Origin: a virus
Taxonomy: Duplodnaviria > Caudoviricetes
Length of the DNA: 56,973 nucleotides
Direction: 5' to 3' (one strand)
Virus record (IMG/VR): IMGVR_UViG_3300001914_000007
Location: 1-56,973 of that record
Shown here piece by piece: positions 17,915-29,200 of the stretch. The notes beneath the pieces were generated by a model. The model was not told where the DNA came from and made no database searches. It saw nothing but the letters and a program-made list of their open reading frames with translations. Numbering within the stretch: position 1 is the stretch's first letter; each line of letters starts with the position of its first letter. The position numbers and the translations under genes are program-made.

Positions 17915-18322
17915 ATGAGCGAGAAAAGATTGATAACGTGGGGGTCTTTTAAAGAAAACTGCTTGGCGTATAATGCGCCACGTAAGTTGCGCAAGTGTTA
18001 TTATAAAGACTGTGAATGTTCCCAATGCAATTGTGAAAGATGGCAAGCGCTTCCCAAGCCCACGCTTGCAGACGTTTGCGGCAATCGGACGCTGGACAGC
18101 ATGACGGAGGAAGAGATTGAGGAACTTGTCAAACTTTATGCCGGAGATTTCATAGGTATTCTGCTGACGCATCGAAACGGGGATAAAGATATATACATTG
18201 AGTATACAGACGTTGGACTAAGAAAGGCGTTAATTATATATCCCGGTGAATTATCTGTCGGCGGCAAAGAGGTTAAAATCTTCAAATGGTTCCTCGAAAA
18301 AGGCTTCAAGGAAAAGGAATAG
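17915..18322 (+). CDS. Duplicated cassette gene A, copy 2
   Basis: Paralogue of 16419..16826 with a different Cys-rich N-terminal interior. Confidence 0.8.
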   Translation: MSEKRLITWGSFKENCLAYNAPRKLRKCYYKDCECSQCNCERWQALPKPTLADVCGNRTLDSMTEEEIEELVKLYAGDFIGILLTHRNGDKDIYIEYTDVGLRKALIIYPGELSVGGKEVKIFKWFLEKGFKEKE

Positions 18323-18325
18323 GAA

Positions 18326-18619
18326 ATGAAAATAACACTGTTTGCAGTAAGACATAAAAATAAGGTGTATGAATTTAGGGAGCCGGTAAGCATCGAGGTT
18401 TACTATAGTCGGAAAAGATGGGTAGCTCATGCCGATATATTACCAACGTTATCAACATGGACATTTGCGCCCAAGAGAAAGAAAATACTTCCTTGTTTTT
18501 CAAAACAAATTTCATTATTGGTCAAGAAATTTAATAAAAAATCTACTATACGTTCAGGGTTTGATTTACAAAATAGAAGCAAACTACTCAAACTCATAAC
18601 CGTAAGGGAGATAGCATGA
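18326..18619 (+). CDS. Duplicated cassette gene B, copy 2 (diverged antitoxin-like paralogue)
   Basis: Shares MKITLFAVRHxNKVYEFxEP and LLKLITVREI with 16823..17110. Confidence 0.75.
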   Translation: MKITLFAVRHKNKVYEFREPVSIEVYYSRKRWVAHADILPTLSTWTFAPKRKKILPCFSKQISLLVKKFNKKSTIRSGFDLQNRSKLLKLITVREIA

Positions 18620-19035
18620 ACTACACTACATCACGTGATTACGAAGCACTATGGAACCTGATGCAGGAGGGGGAGGTGGTTGTGTGCTTTTTGGAAGGGC
18701 TTTCAACATATGTTACTATTGCCAGAAAGAACGGAGAATATAGCGATGTTCTTTCAGCTGGAGTACTAGGGGTTGCGGCAATGACAAAGATAGATTTTAT
18801 AAACCAATGCGAGAATATTCATCTCGAATTCCTTCCGCCCAACGAGTGGATAAAAATCGAGAGCGATAGGGATTTGCCAGAAATAAATAAAAATGTTTTA
18901 ACCTATGATGGAGAAAGCCAGTGCGAGGCCAAATGGGACGGAGTTGATTGGGAAAACTGTATGTCTTTTTGCTGTGAAAAGGAACACGTTACCCACTGGA
19001 AGCCGCTGCCGGAAGCGCCAGAGGTGGGGGAATGA
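18616..19035 (+). CDS. Duplicated cassette gene C, copy 2 (DUF551-like)
   Basis: MNYTTS..., LEFLPP..WIKIESD, VTHWKPLPEAPEVGE. Confidence 0.8.
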   Translation: MNYTTSRDYEALWNLMQEGEVVVCFLEGLSTYVTIARKNGEYSDVLSAGVLGVAAMTKIDFINQCENIHLEFLPPNEWIKIESDRDLPEINKNVLTYDGESQCEAKWDGVDWENCMSFCCEKEHVTHWKPLPEAPEVGE

Positions 19036-19253
19036 AAATAACATGCCCTCGATGCAAATATGAATTTGACATGGAAGAAACTCCAAAGCTCGGCTGGATA
19101 TGCGAGTTCTGCTCAGAAGAACTCGGAATAAAGCCAGACGATAACATCTTCACACAGTCGCCCAGAAACGACCTGGAAGAGCGGCAACTCGAGCAGGATT
19201 ACGATGGAGACGTAGAGAACAAAATAGAAGCAAAGAGAAAGGAAAAGTCATGA
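19032..19253 (+). CDS. Small Zn-ribbon protein
   Basis: CPRC and CEFC. Confidence 0.55.
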   Translation: MKITCPRCKYEFDMEETPKLGWICEFCSEELGIKPDDNIFTQSPRNDLEERQLEQDYDGDVENKIEAKRKEKS

Positions 19254-19633
19254 CACGAGAAGAAATAGCGGACAAGCTGGAAGGGCTTGCAAAGGGAATT
19301 AGGGAAGGAAAAACTTTACAGGGGCAGAGCGGAGAGTGGTGGAATATTGAAGAACATGAAATAGAAAAGGAACTTAACTTATCGAAATTACGCATTGCAC
19401 CAGAAAAAAAGTATGTACCATTCACGGCGGATGATTGGAGGGAATTTTCCTGTAAATCTATAATTATATATGGCTCCACTCTAACAATTAGCTCATGGGA
19501 TAAGACGGGAGTTCGATTGATTGACCCAGACGGGAAAGCAACTGGGAGGTTTATTGCATACGACTACGCGCTTAGTATAGGCGTTGTTTTTGCAGTTACG
19601 GGCAAACCCTTTGGCAAGCAGGTGCAGCCATGA
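19250..19633 (+). CDS. Hypothetical protein
   Basis: 127 aa; YVPFT and GKPFGK motifs. Confidence 0.7.
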   Translation: MTREEIADKLEGLAKGIREGKTLQGQSGEWWNIEEHEIEKELNLSKLRIAPEKKYVPFTADDWREFSCKSIIIYGSTLTISSWDKTGVRLIDPDGKATGRFIAYDYALSIGVVFAVTGKPFGKQVQP

Positions 19634-19780
19634 AATGCAGCACAATAATAATACCAGATCACGTTTGCCCCGCATGTGGCTGTGAGTTGGTGTACAGAGA
19701 GGATGTCAACTCATGGTACTGCAATAACTGCGAGTCGTGGGTGAAGGAAAACAAAGAGGATAAAGAAAGGGACTGAAATT

Positions 19781-20032
19781 ATGAACAAGCGGCAGAGAAA
19801 GAAGCGGTTAAAGAAACTTGATGAATATTTTCTTAGAGAAATGAGGAAATATAAAGCAGAAAAACGAGCACTAGAGAAAGTTGCCACTTTAACATGGTCC
19901 AAAAGCCGGACAGGCATTTTCCAGGAAAGTGAAATATCTAAAGCAAAAAATAAACAAATACGAAAAGACAAAGTATGGATTAACGAGTGGCCTGATGTTG
20001 AGGTCGCCTATTTAGAGGGGAATAAGTCATGA
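19781..20032 (+). CDS. Basic hypothetical protein
   Basis: MNKRQRKK start. Confidence 0.6.
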   Translation: MNKRQRKKRLKKLDEYFLREMRKYKAEKRALEKVATLTWSKSRTGIFQESEISKAKNKQIRKDKVWINEWPDVEVAYLEGNKS

Positions 20033-20406
20033 TTGAATGCGAATTTAAAGAATGCCTATACAGTGAACACCTAATGAATGTGTTAAAAAAATTAAAGGCA
20101 AGGGAAATTTTAAAACTTACTTATTATCATTCCGGCTCTGGCTTCCTTGAAATTGCCGTCCTCCTTGAAGACTATCGTGTAATATCATATAACTATGAAT
20201 ATGAAGAAAGTCGTGAAGATAAATGGAGCAACCTTGAGGATTGCGAAATTGAATTGATTATAGAAAATGGAATGGTTATTTTCCCATGTGTAAGGGATTA
20301 TTTAAATTTTGAAGTTAAACAAATAGTTGATTCTTATAAAGATAAAATAGACAAGATAAAACAAAAAATATTGTATTGCTTTGAGAAAGGAAACATCCAT
20401 GAGTAA
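20029..20406 (+). CDS. Hypothetical protein
   Basis: 125-aa ORF. Confidence 0.6.
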   Translation: MIECEFKECLYSEHLMNVLKKLKAREILKLTYYHSGSGFLEIAVLLEDYRVISYNYEYEESREDKWSNLEDCEIELIIENGMVIFPCVRDYLNFEVKQIVDSYKDKIDKIKQKILYCFEKGNIHE

Positions 20407-20523
20407 ACCGCTTAAATGCTCCGGCTGTAAAAAGCACATCTGGAAATATGAGGCTACAAAAATAGGAAGGAAAACTTTTTGCCGCAAATGTATTAGAAAA
20501 ATCAATAAAGAAAAGGATTTACA

Positions 20524-20552
20524 TTGAATTAATCAATAGTTGGTTATATAAT
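20524..20552 (+). promoter_or_regulatory. Sigma70-like promoter upstream of regulator-terminase genes
   Basis: TTGAAT-N17-TATAAT. Confidence 0.5.
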
Positions 20553-20593
20553 CCTTATATGCAGAATGCTAATTCTACATATAAGGAAAGTAT

Positions 20594-21001
20594 ATGCAAG
20601 GTTGCCACAAGTGCGCGTACAACGATATGAAGCAGTTTGCCGACTACGAAAAATCTCCATGCTCGAAATGTCGGGCAGCTCTTGACCCCGAAATAGAAAA
20701 GAATACCCCATATGAAAAGATTCAAAACATGGAGAAATACGCAATGCAGCCAGCAACACTTGACGGCGAAACAAGAGACGTCCTTTTAATCGCGCTTTCC
20801 CGATGCCTTATTCCCCTCATTGAAATGCGCGACTCCGCTCCAGAAACATTCTCGGTTGTATTCTCCAAAATCAAATATCCTCAGCTATCACTTTCCCGAA
20901 TAGCGCACATTGCAAAATGCTCAAGAACCAATGTCAGCCATCATTTAAATCAAGCAATCAAAGAGTTTCCCGAACTTAAAACACTTTTGGAGAGGAGATA
21001 A
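20594..21001 (+). CDS. Putative late-transcription regulator (Zn-binding N-terminus, C-terminal HTH)
   Basis: CHKC..CSKC; SLSRIAHIAKCSRTNVSHHL HTH; precedes terminase. Confidence 0.55.
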   Translation: MQGCHKCAYNDMKQFADYEKSPCSKCRAALDPEIEKNTPYEKIQNMEKYAMQPATLDGETRDVLLIALSRCLIPLIEMRDSAPETFSVVFSKIKYPQLSLSRIAHIAKCSRTNVSHHLNQAIKEFPELKTLLERR

Positions 21002-21003
21002 CC

Positions 21004-21393
21004 ATGCCAATACTCGAAAAGGTAGAATATGAAACTTATTGTCAGGGGATTGCGTCAGGAAAGAAGGTTTCCGATGCCTATCGCGCAGCATATCCAGCGG
21101 CAAAGCGAAACGTAACAGCAACAACCAATGGGCGGCGACTGGAAAGGGAAAGGCCGGAGATTCTCGAAAGGATAAAGGAACTCAGAGAAAAAAACGCTGA
21201 AATAAGCGATTGGAATAGAAAAAAAGCTCTTGATATATTGATAAAAATATCAGAGGACTCAAGGTACGACTCTGATAAAATCAAGGCCGTTGAAGCGCTC
21301 AATCGCATGACTGGGATAACCGCCGAAGATGACAACAAAAACAAATCTCAGCTTCCTTCCGTCAATATATTTCTCAATACAAAAGGCAAATAA
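21004..21393 (+). CDS. terS: Terminase small subunit
   Basis: SDAYRAAYP, ERIKELR, DKIKAVEALNRMTG; coupled to terL. Confidence 0.8.
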   Translation: MPILEKVEYETYCQGIASGKKVSDAYRAAYPAAKRNVTATTNGRRLERERPEILERIKELREKNAEISDWNRKKALDILIKISEDSRYDSDKIKAVEALNRMTGITAEDDNKNKSQLPSVNIFLNTKGK

Positions 21394-22850
21394 TGAGTTC
21401 CGAGGCTCTATCTATCGCATATACAGCAGAACATACAGCGGCGCTGTTTCATGCTGATGATAGTCGAGTCAGGGGAATAATGGGGCCTATTGGTTCCGGG
21501 AAGTCAGTTGCTTGTTGTATGGAAATCCTCAGCCGGGCAATACTCCAGAAGCCCAATGCTCAGGGCGTGCGCAAAACCAGATGGGGAATAATCCGAAACA
21601 CGTATCCGGAATTAAGGTCAACTACGATTAAGACGTGGCAAGAATGGGTTCCTGATGATATTTGCCCTGTCGTATATAATTCCCCAATTGCCGGGAAAAT
21701 GAATTGTATGTTGCCGGATGACACTGTTCTTGAGATGGAAATTATATTTCTTGCGCTTGATAAGCCAAAAGACATAAAGAAGCTTCTCTCTCTGGAACTT
21801 ACTGGAGGCTGGATAAATGAGGCAAGGGAAATTCCTAAAGGTGTTCTGGACGCACTGGGCGGACGAATAGGCCGATATCCCTCAATGAATGACGGCGGCG
21901 CATCGTGGAGCGGAATTATCATGGATACAAATCCGCCAGATGATGACCATTGGTGGTATAAGATAGCCGAAGAGCAATGCCCGGCAGGATGGAAATTCTT
22001 TCGCCAGCCAGCTTCACTATTAAAACTTGAAAATGGTACGTATGTTCCCAATCCCGAAGCTGAAAACGTGCGCAATCACGTAAACGGCTTTGATTACTGG
22101 TTGAATCAGACTGGTGCAAAAACCCCGGAGTGGATTAAAATATATCTTCAAGGCGATTACGGCAGTACCGCAGATGGAAGGCCGGTATTCCCCGAATATA
22201 ATGATTCTTTCCACTGCGCAAAAGAAAAGCTTTTGCCATATCCAAACTTGCCTCTTATTCTCGGATGGGACTTCGGGCTTACTCCGTCCTGTATTATCAT
22301 GCAGCTTTCACCGAAAGGCCAGCTCCGAGTATTGGACGAACTTATTTCCGAGAACATGGGCATAATGCAGTTTGCTAAGGACGCGGCAAGGCCGTTTCTC
22401 TTCAATCACTATAACGGCATGACAATAGTAAGCTGGGGAGACCCGGCAGGTATACAAAGAGCGCAGACAGATGAAAAAACCTGTATTGAAATGCTTGGAG
22501 CTTGCGGAATCCCCACTTCTCCAGCTTCAACAAACGTATTTACTGCGCGGCGTGAGGCTGTAGCTGGATACCTTACAAAGGTTACCGACGGAGAGCCGGG
22601 ATTTTTGCTTTCTCCAACATGTAAAATCCTCAGAAAGGCGCTTATTGGCGGATACATGTATGAAAGAGTTCAGGTTTCAGGGGAAGAGCGGTTTAAAGAC
22701 CAGCCTTGCAAGAATAGGTTTTCTCATCCTGCTGATGCGCTCCAATATGGAACTATGGGAGCTTCTCCCAATATCGTTACCGGCAATCAAGAAGTGAAGC
22801 GGGCTGTAAATCCCTATGGAACTTCCAGACCCGCTTCTGTGTGGGCGTGA
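21393..22850 (+). CDS. terL: Terminase large subunit
   Basis: Walker A GPIGSGKS, Walker B WINEARE, DTNPP, nuclease GWDFGLTP and SHPADALQY. Confidence 0.95.
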   Translation: MSSEALSIAYTAEHTAALFHADDSRVRGIMGPIGSGKSVACCMEILSRAILQKPNAQGVRKTRWGIIRNTYPELRSTTIKTWQEWVPDDICPVVYNSPIAGKMNCMLPDDTVLEMEIIFLALDKPKDIKKLLSLELTGGWINEAREIPKGVLDALGGRIGRYPSMNDGGASWSGIIMDTNPPDDDHWWYKIAEEQCPAGWKFFRQPASLLKLENGTYVPNPEAENVRNHVNGFDYWLNQTGAKTPEWIKIYLQGDYGSTADGRPVFPEYNDSFHCAKEKLLPYPNLPLILGWDFGLTPSCIIMQLSPKGQLRVLDELISENMGIMQFAKDAARPFLFNHYNGMTIVSWGDPAGIQRAQTDEKTCIEMLGACGIPTSPASTNVFTARREAVAGYLTKVTDGEPGFLLSPTCKILRKALIGGYMYERVQVSGEERFKDQPCKNRFSHPADALQYGTMGASPNIVTGNQEVKRAVNPYGTSRPASVWA

Positions 22851-22855
22851 TTCTC

Positions 22856-23215
22856 TTACCGCATTGCCAGCCATGCGGAAATAACGACATTCGCAGATGT
22901 TCCCGTTTCGGTAACTACAAACCTTATGTATCTTCCGAGTTCTGGAGTAAAGCCGTCAATGCCGCCGCCAGTGGTTCCACTGGTTTTTGTCCAGTTTGCA
23001 AATAATGCCGATGACCCTTCGGGCGCAAAGTAATTTACGCCATCGTTTGAACACTGATAGGCGATACTTGCCGTACCATCCCCGGAAACGGCTATCTGCA
23101 ATGAGAAATCACCGTCGGGCTTATACGTGTTCAGATCGATTACTCCGCTCGTTGCGGTCAATGCCTTGACTACCGTCTGAGCATCGAAGATTTTTACTAC
23201 GCTTACTTCTTTCAT
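22856..23215 (-). CDS. Putative small virion beta-sandwich protein
   Basis: 119 aa; YQCSNDGVNY and RYIRFVVT; AGGAG RBS. Confidence 0.65.
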   Translation of the reverse strand: MKEVSVVKIFDAQTVVKALTATSGVIDLNTYKPDGDFSLQIAVSGDGTASIAYQCSNDGVNYFAPEGSSALFANWTKTSGTTGGGIDGFTPELGRYIRFVVTETGTSANVVISAWLAMR

Positions 23216-23241
23216 CTCTTCTCCTTTTGTTTTGGTTTTAT

Positions 23242-26200
23242 TTATTGATTAATAAATGGGAAATTCGTTAAGTTTTGTTCTGCATGCTGCCGCTTCCGTA
23301 ATCCGGCTCTTTCTTTTTCTATTTTGCTTGGAGTTGTTGCATTTTTAAACAAAGACATAATAGATGAACTCGTTATCGGCGATACACCGGGAACATCGCG
23401 CTTGATAACACGGGCATTGAATGCCTCAATTTCCGGGAGAATATTCTTATCCCAATTCTCCTGAGTCCTGTTATTACTCGCAAAATACAGATGAATTTTG
23501 GTGTTAATTGATTTTTTCATATCTCCATATTTATCAATAACCTGTTTTTCGCTCCACTGAGTTTCGCGCTTTTCTGATATGTAAGCCGGATTGAATCCAA
23601 GCCCTCTTAGCGCCGCTTCTTGCCAGTCGGATTTTAATTGCTTGTTTCCGAAGAATACCGGATCGCCGTCCCTTGAAGTAATTCCTTCTGTATATTCTCT
23701 TCTGGCCTTGAAAATATTGGCTATTGGTTTCGGTGCAATCTTTTCTATTCCTCTTCCATATCTGCCCTTTCCTATTTCTTGAATACCCTCTCCGAGTCCT
23801 TCGAAAAACGACTGGGGAACGCCGCCCAAGTCGGAAAGCTCAGGAACTTCAAACGAGCCAGCCGCCATTGAACCCTTGAGGTTTATACCAAAGAGTCCGC
23901 CAGCAAGCCCGGTTCTTGCGAATCTGGACGAAGTAAGTCCGAACTTTTCTTCGAGCCACTGGTACAATGCTTCTTCCGGATCGTCAGGTCCACCAAGTCC
24001 CGATATGATAGCTCTAAGTATCGGCCCAAGCAGCGGCTGCAATGGATTTGCTTTTGTCCCGGCGATAACCATCGGGGCAATTGCCATCCAAATAACGTCC
24101 TTTCTGTGTCCCGTTGTCCACAATTCGCGCATGAGCAGATAATAATTGTGCATGTAGTTTTTATAGACATACATTGATTTTCCGATATGAGCGACAATGC
24201 CGGGGCCTCTCGCCCATCCCGGAAGGTTTATCTTGCCGTAAACGCCGTGGGCGTGGTCGGAAATGCTCTTTGCCTTCATGAGATATTCTTCTCTTTGTAC
24301 TTCCGACATAACGCCCTTGTGCTGTGCAACCATGCCATTGTAAGCTGCCGCAATCGTTGAAGCGCGATTTAATTTTTCAGTTGTACTGAATACAATCAAG
24401 CTCCATTTAAGAATGGAATTAAACACCTTTCCGCCGTGAGTCATTGCAGACTCTGTCAAGTCCTGGTTTTGAAGGTCGGTGTCCCATCCGCGATTTGTAA
24501 TATCGTCAAAAAGCCTTTTTTGTGTTGCGCTGAGCGTTGAAGCCTTGCCTCTCTTTTTTTGAATGGAATACGTTGTATAGCTGGACATTCCGCGCGTCAG
24601 GAGTTTTGGTATTTCTATAGCAGGGATACCGCCAAGCCCGTGCATTGCCGCCGGAACACTTGTTGCAAGCGAAGTGAGGTTTATTACGCCAGATGAAACA
24701 CCAGAAAGAAATTGCAGTGCCATAGCTGCCTTTGTCATTCCAAATATGCGGTCGAGCCTTTCATCATTGCGCAACATGTCATTCATAAAAGACTTTGCCT
24801 CGCTATATGCGTTCGGCTGTGTTGCGGAATCGATTGCGCGTTCTTTTACTGCTTTTTCGTATGACTTCCAGAGTTCAGCCATTGCCTTGTAGTATTCGCT
24901 GCTTCCGGCAGTCAAGCCCTTAGGCATATTGTCTTTTTTGTATGCGCTCCATTTCAGGTCATGCCCGGTAAATGCCTCCATCATACTGTTTGCCATTATC
25001 CGCTTTGCTGTGCCGCCAGCTATCGAGCGCCCGGCAAGCGTTATCGCTTTAATCGGGTCTTCTTCAAATCCAAGATAAACATCTTTCCCTTTCCGGTTAT
25101 CGCGCTTGATTTTATGGGAGCGTGAGCCATGACTGTGGATAATGGTCGCCATTTGTTCGGCAAGCGCCTGTCCTATCGCTTCGGCTTGCATGATTGTTGC
25201 GCCCTCGTTGTGTGCGATAGCGTTCAGAATAACCTTCTCGAATTCATCATCGACATTCTTGAAATGCCAGGATTCTTCATAGAACCGTCCTCCGAAGCTC
25301 TTCAATAGTTCGCCTTGCATTGTGGAGCGTTCGCCGCTGATAGTGAAATGCTTTTCGGTTTTGCCGCTTTTAAGTGGAAAGTCTATCCATTTTCCTTTAA
25401 GCCCGAACTGCTCAAAAGTAAGATGCTCTTTCTTCTTCATGCGTTCAACGGCATTATTGATAAGGTCGTTCATTGCTAGAATGTCGTTTTCGACAAAAGC
25501 CTCTTCTGAAGGAGTGTTGCTCTGAGTAAATTCTACAGTATAGCCGTCTCTCCTGAGTGTTGCGGCGAGTGCCGCCCTAGCCGCCGTGCTATCAAATTTT
25601 TCAAATCGAGAATGTTCTCCTTCTTTGCTTGCCCATAGAAACTGCCTTCCTCCAAGCCTTGTTCGGGGCATGTAATAACCGCTTCTATCGCCCATCTGTT
25701 TTAAGTATTCTCGAATATCCACACCTTCAACGACGGGAGCTTTTGCTCCAAGCTTTTTCAGCTTTTTGACATTGTCAAGTACGCCGTTTCTCATCATCTG
25801 GAAAGAATTTCTATTGACTCTTCTCGCCGCAAGAACCGAACCTATGGCCTGTTCACTCCATTTGCCCGACTTTCTCATGTCTGTAATTTCGGACTGGTAC
25901 ACGGCATCCCATGCAAGCTCTTCTCTCAAGAAGTCGCCTATCAGCTCATTGTTTTCATTTCTGGCATGAAACGTCTTGCCATCCTCGCTCGTTGTTACCG
26001 TGCCGCCTATAGCGTCAATATCGCGCTTCCAGAGGTGATCATCTCTAAGCCGGGCATATTCGGGCTTGTTCTTCTTGCTGAGTTCTACCATTGGATTTAA
26101 TTCAAATTCGCCCTTGCCGTTATCCTTGTTGAAGATAAGGTTTCCGAACAAATGCTTATCGGTGTCTTTTTGCAGTCCTGCATCAAACATGCGGCTTATC

Positions 26201-29200
26201 GCAGGAACTTTCTTCATGTAGTAGAAGATAGTTGAAACAACCTTGTCAATATGGCTTATGTCTTCCTTTGCATTCTTATTCTTTTCGCGCATTGCGGAAA
26301 GCCATTCCTTCGCCCATGACCTAGCTTCATTGATTTTATTCGTTTCTTTCGCTTCGCTTTTCGGGCTGAATTGCATATCTTCCTTGACATTATCATCTTT
26401 CTGGTCTATAATAGCTTTGGAGGTTTGCCCGGCATGCTCTTCTAGCGGTGACTGCAACCTTTGAACGTCACTGTGCAGTAGGGTCGGGGGGACTAGTTGC
26501 TTGTCCTGATTTGTGCTTCGAGCGGCACGACGTCGCCAAACCTCTTTTCCTCTTACTTGAACTCCACTTACTCTCGGAAACGCTGTTACTATAGAGTAGT
26601 GTCCGTCATTTATTCTAAGCTCAAGAACCATTACGCTATCGGGTTTTCCATATTTAAACAGAACACTTCTGTTTTTTTCCTGAACAACAATTGAATTGCA
26701 ATTGTCAATAATATTCTGCAAAAATCCCGCCGTATTCCATCCAAGCTTTTTTAATTCCTCCGCGTGATCATGTAAAATATGAACTATTCCAAACCCTCGA
26801 TCGATTCGACTATCGTGCATACCCTTTTTTAACACAATCGGAAGCGATTTAACCATTCCATTAGTTTCTCTTTCCACCTCTTCGGGAATAATACCCCAGT
26901 ATTCTTTTCCTTCAGGAGAAAGTACAATATCAAGGGGTTTGATTGTCTTGTCTTTGGCAATCTCCTCAAGCGTCATTTTCTTTTGAGGGTTGGATTTTAC
27001 CGAGAAAATACCTTCACTCTCAGCCGGGCTGAAAAGTACATCCTCGCCGGTGGAGTCTTTTGGCTTGGTAATCTCTTTCTCCACAGCTCCCGAAAGAAAC
27101 TTTTCCGCCGCCGCGATTGCCGGGTCAATGTTTTCTCCGAGAATTTCTCTTATGGATTCGTCCATTGCCGACTTGCCTTTGACAATCGACTTCTGAGCAA
27201 TAATCTTTTCAAATGCGGCCTTGATATTCTTCAATATGTCGAGAATCTTGGAGACTATTCCGGGATTGGCTTTGTGTAATCCTTCGAGAATCTTTTCATC
27301 TCCAGAAAGAAGCGATCCCATAACGTCCGCGCCGTATTCCATCTTGAAATAATCGTCGCTGAACTTTGATCCAGGCAACGCCTTTTCAACTTGCGCCCTG
27401 CGCTTGGCTATGTAGTCGGCAAGCTTGCCCTTGTCGGAAATCTTTTCCAGCTCGGAAAGAAATTCCTGCCAGAGTTCGGGAGTATTCTTTTGCATGGCGT
27501 GAGCAAGTTCGTGTATTGCCACCTGTTTCACGGGATTGCTTTTGCTGTCGGCATCGACATAAATCTTGCCGTCATTGAGGAATATCCCTTCAAAGCCTTG
27601 CCCTGCGCCCGTGTTTCTGAATACGACAATTTCCACGCCGAGAGCCTTTGCAAGCTTCTGCGCCGCCGTTATTGCCGGGGTTCCTTCTTTTACCTCTTCA
27701 AGCTTCACACGCTCTGATTCTGGCTTGTTTTGGTTGAACCTTGACTCAACACCCTTGAGCCCTGTCATTTTAAGCCCTGGCTTGTTTGCGGGCGTTGATT
27801 CGGGCTTTGCGGCTTCTTCCTTCTGAGCGGATGGATTGTCGGCCGGAATGGATTCTTTGTTTTGCGAAACGCCTTTGACTTCTTTTAGTATACTTGGAAT
27901 AACTTTAGGCTGTTCACCGTATAGGTATTGATTCATTGATTCTACCGAAGCTCGCGGAAGGTTGTCGGCCTTTTCTCTGGCGAAAGAACGAGCATTAAAT
28001 TCATCTCCACGGCTTTCGGCTTCGGCTAAGGCATTGTCAATAAGCCATTGGTTTTCAATTTTAACGCTGTTTTTTCTTGTCTTTGGATATGGAGTTGTTG
28101 TTCTTCCAGATGATGTTATAAATCTATCTCCTGGGGATATTGGTTGGCCGTCTACAGCTCTACCTTCTGTAGTTGCTCTTCTTGGTTCGGCTTCTTTCTT
28201 TTGCAAGGCTTCTTTCTTCTTGAGTCCCTTCTTGGGAACAATGGGCGGAATCGCCGTTTCAACTGCCGAGCTTTCCTCGGTAGTTCCCGGCTCATCTGTC
28301 AAGTTTTTCTTTACAACTGGAGATTGCAAAGCTTCCGGCTCGGCTTGAACTGTTAAGTTTTCCTGAACTGTTGCATTTTCTGCAACGGTTGGCGGCTCAC
28401 GCTGTGCCAGTGCCTCTTGTGCGAGTAAAACGCCGTTTTCCGCGTCCTGCCGAACTCTTTCAATAGGCATGTTCATGTAAACATTCGGCTTTTCCTGCGC
28501 CTGTTCTGGCTCTGGAACTGCCTGTTCGGCCTGAGGAATAACGCCATTCAGTTTATCGATATGCGCAAGGAGAGCGTCAACATTTTTCCCTTGAGGGTCT
28601 TTGCTTATTTCAATTTGAGCTTCTTTAATGCTCATTTTTTCAATCTTTGCGGCTTCGTCAAGCTGATATTGTACATTTGCGGCTTGCATTGCTTCGTTAA
28701 TTTTGGCTTGCCGTATCTGCTCTTGTTCGCTCAACTGCTCCGAGACTGCCGCTTGTTCCTGCCCTATCGCCTGTTGCGCCTGTGCCGCTTGCTTCTGTTG
28801 CTGGACAACTTCCCTTGCTTTGTCCATCTCTGCCTGATTCTTTTCTTCTTCAAGCATTGCCTGGTGTGCTGATTCAATTTGATTGCTGTCGTAAATATTG
28901 TAAGCTTCTTCGACAAGCTGACTTTGTGTTGCGCCGGGATACACGGATTCGCCTGATTTTCCCTCTATGTACTCGACAAGAGCGGATCTGTCCATTTCGT
29001 TGAAGTTTATGTTGGCATTTTCGGCTGGTGCGGCTTCTGTCTGCCGCTCTGCCTCATGTAAATCAAATGCCCGGTCTATCAAGTCCGCTCTACTTGCCGT
29101 GCTTACGCTTGATTCTCCAGTCCGGCTGATAATGTACGCTGCGAGTTCCTGATTTGTCATCGATCCAAATTCAGGATTGACATTTTCACCCGAAGCCGGA

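Noticed and set aside
16588-18309. DGR template/variable repeat pair
   Set aside because: Only 3 mismatches, not confined to adenines of one copy; both copies coding; no reverse transcriptase recognised
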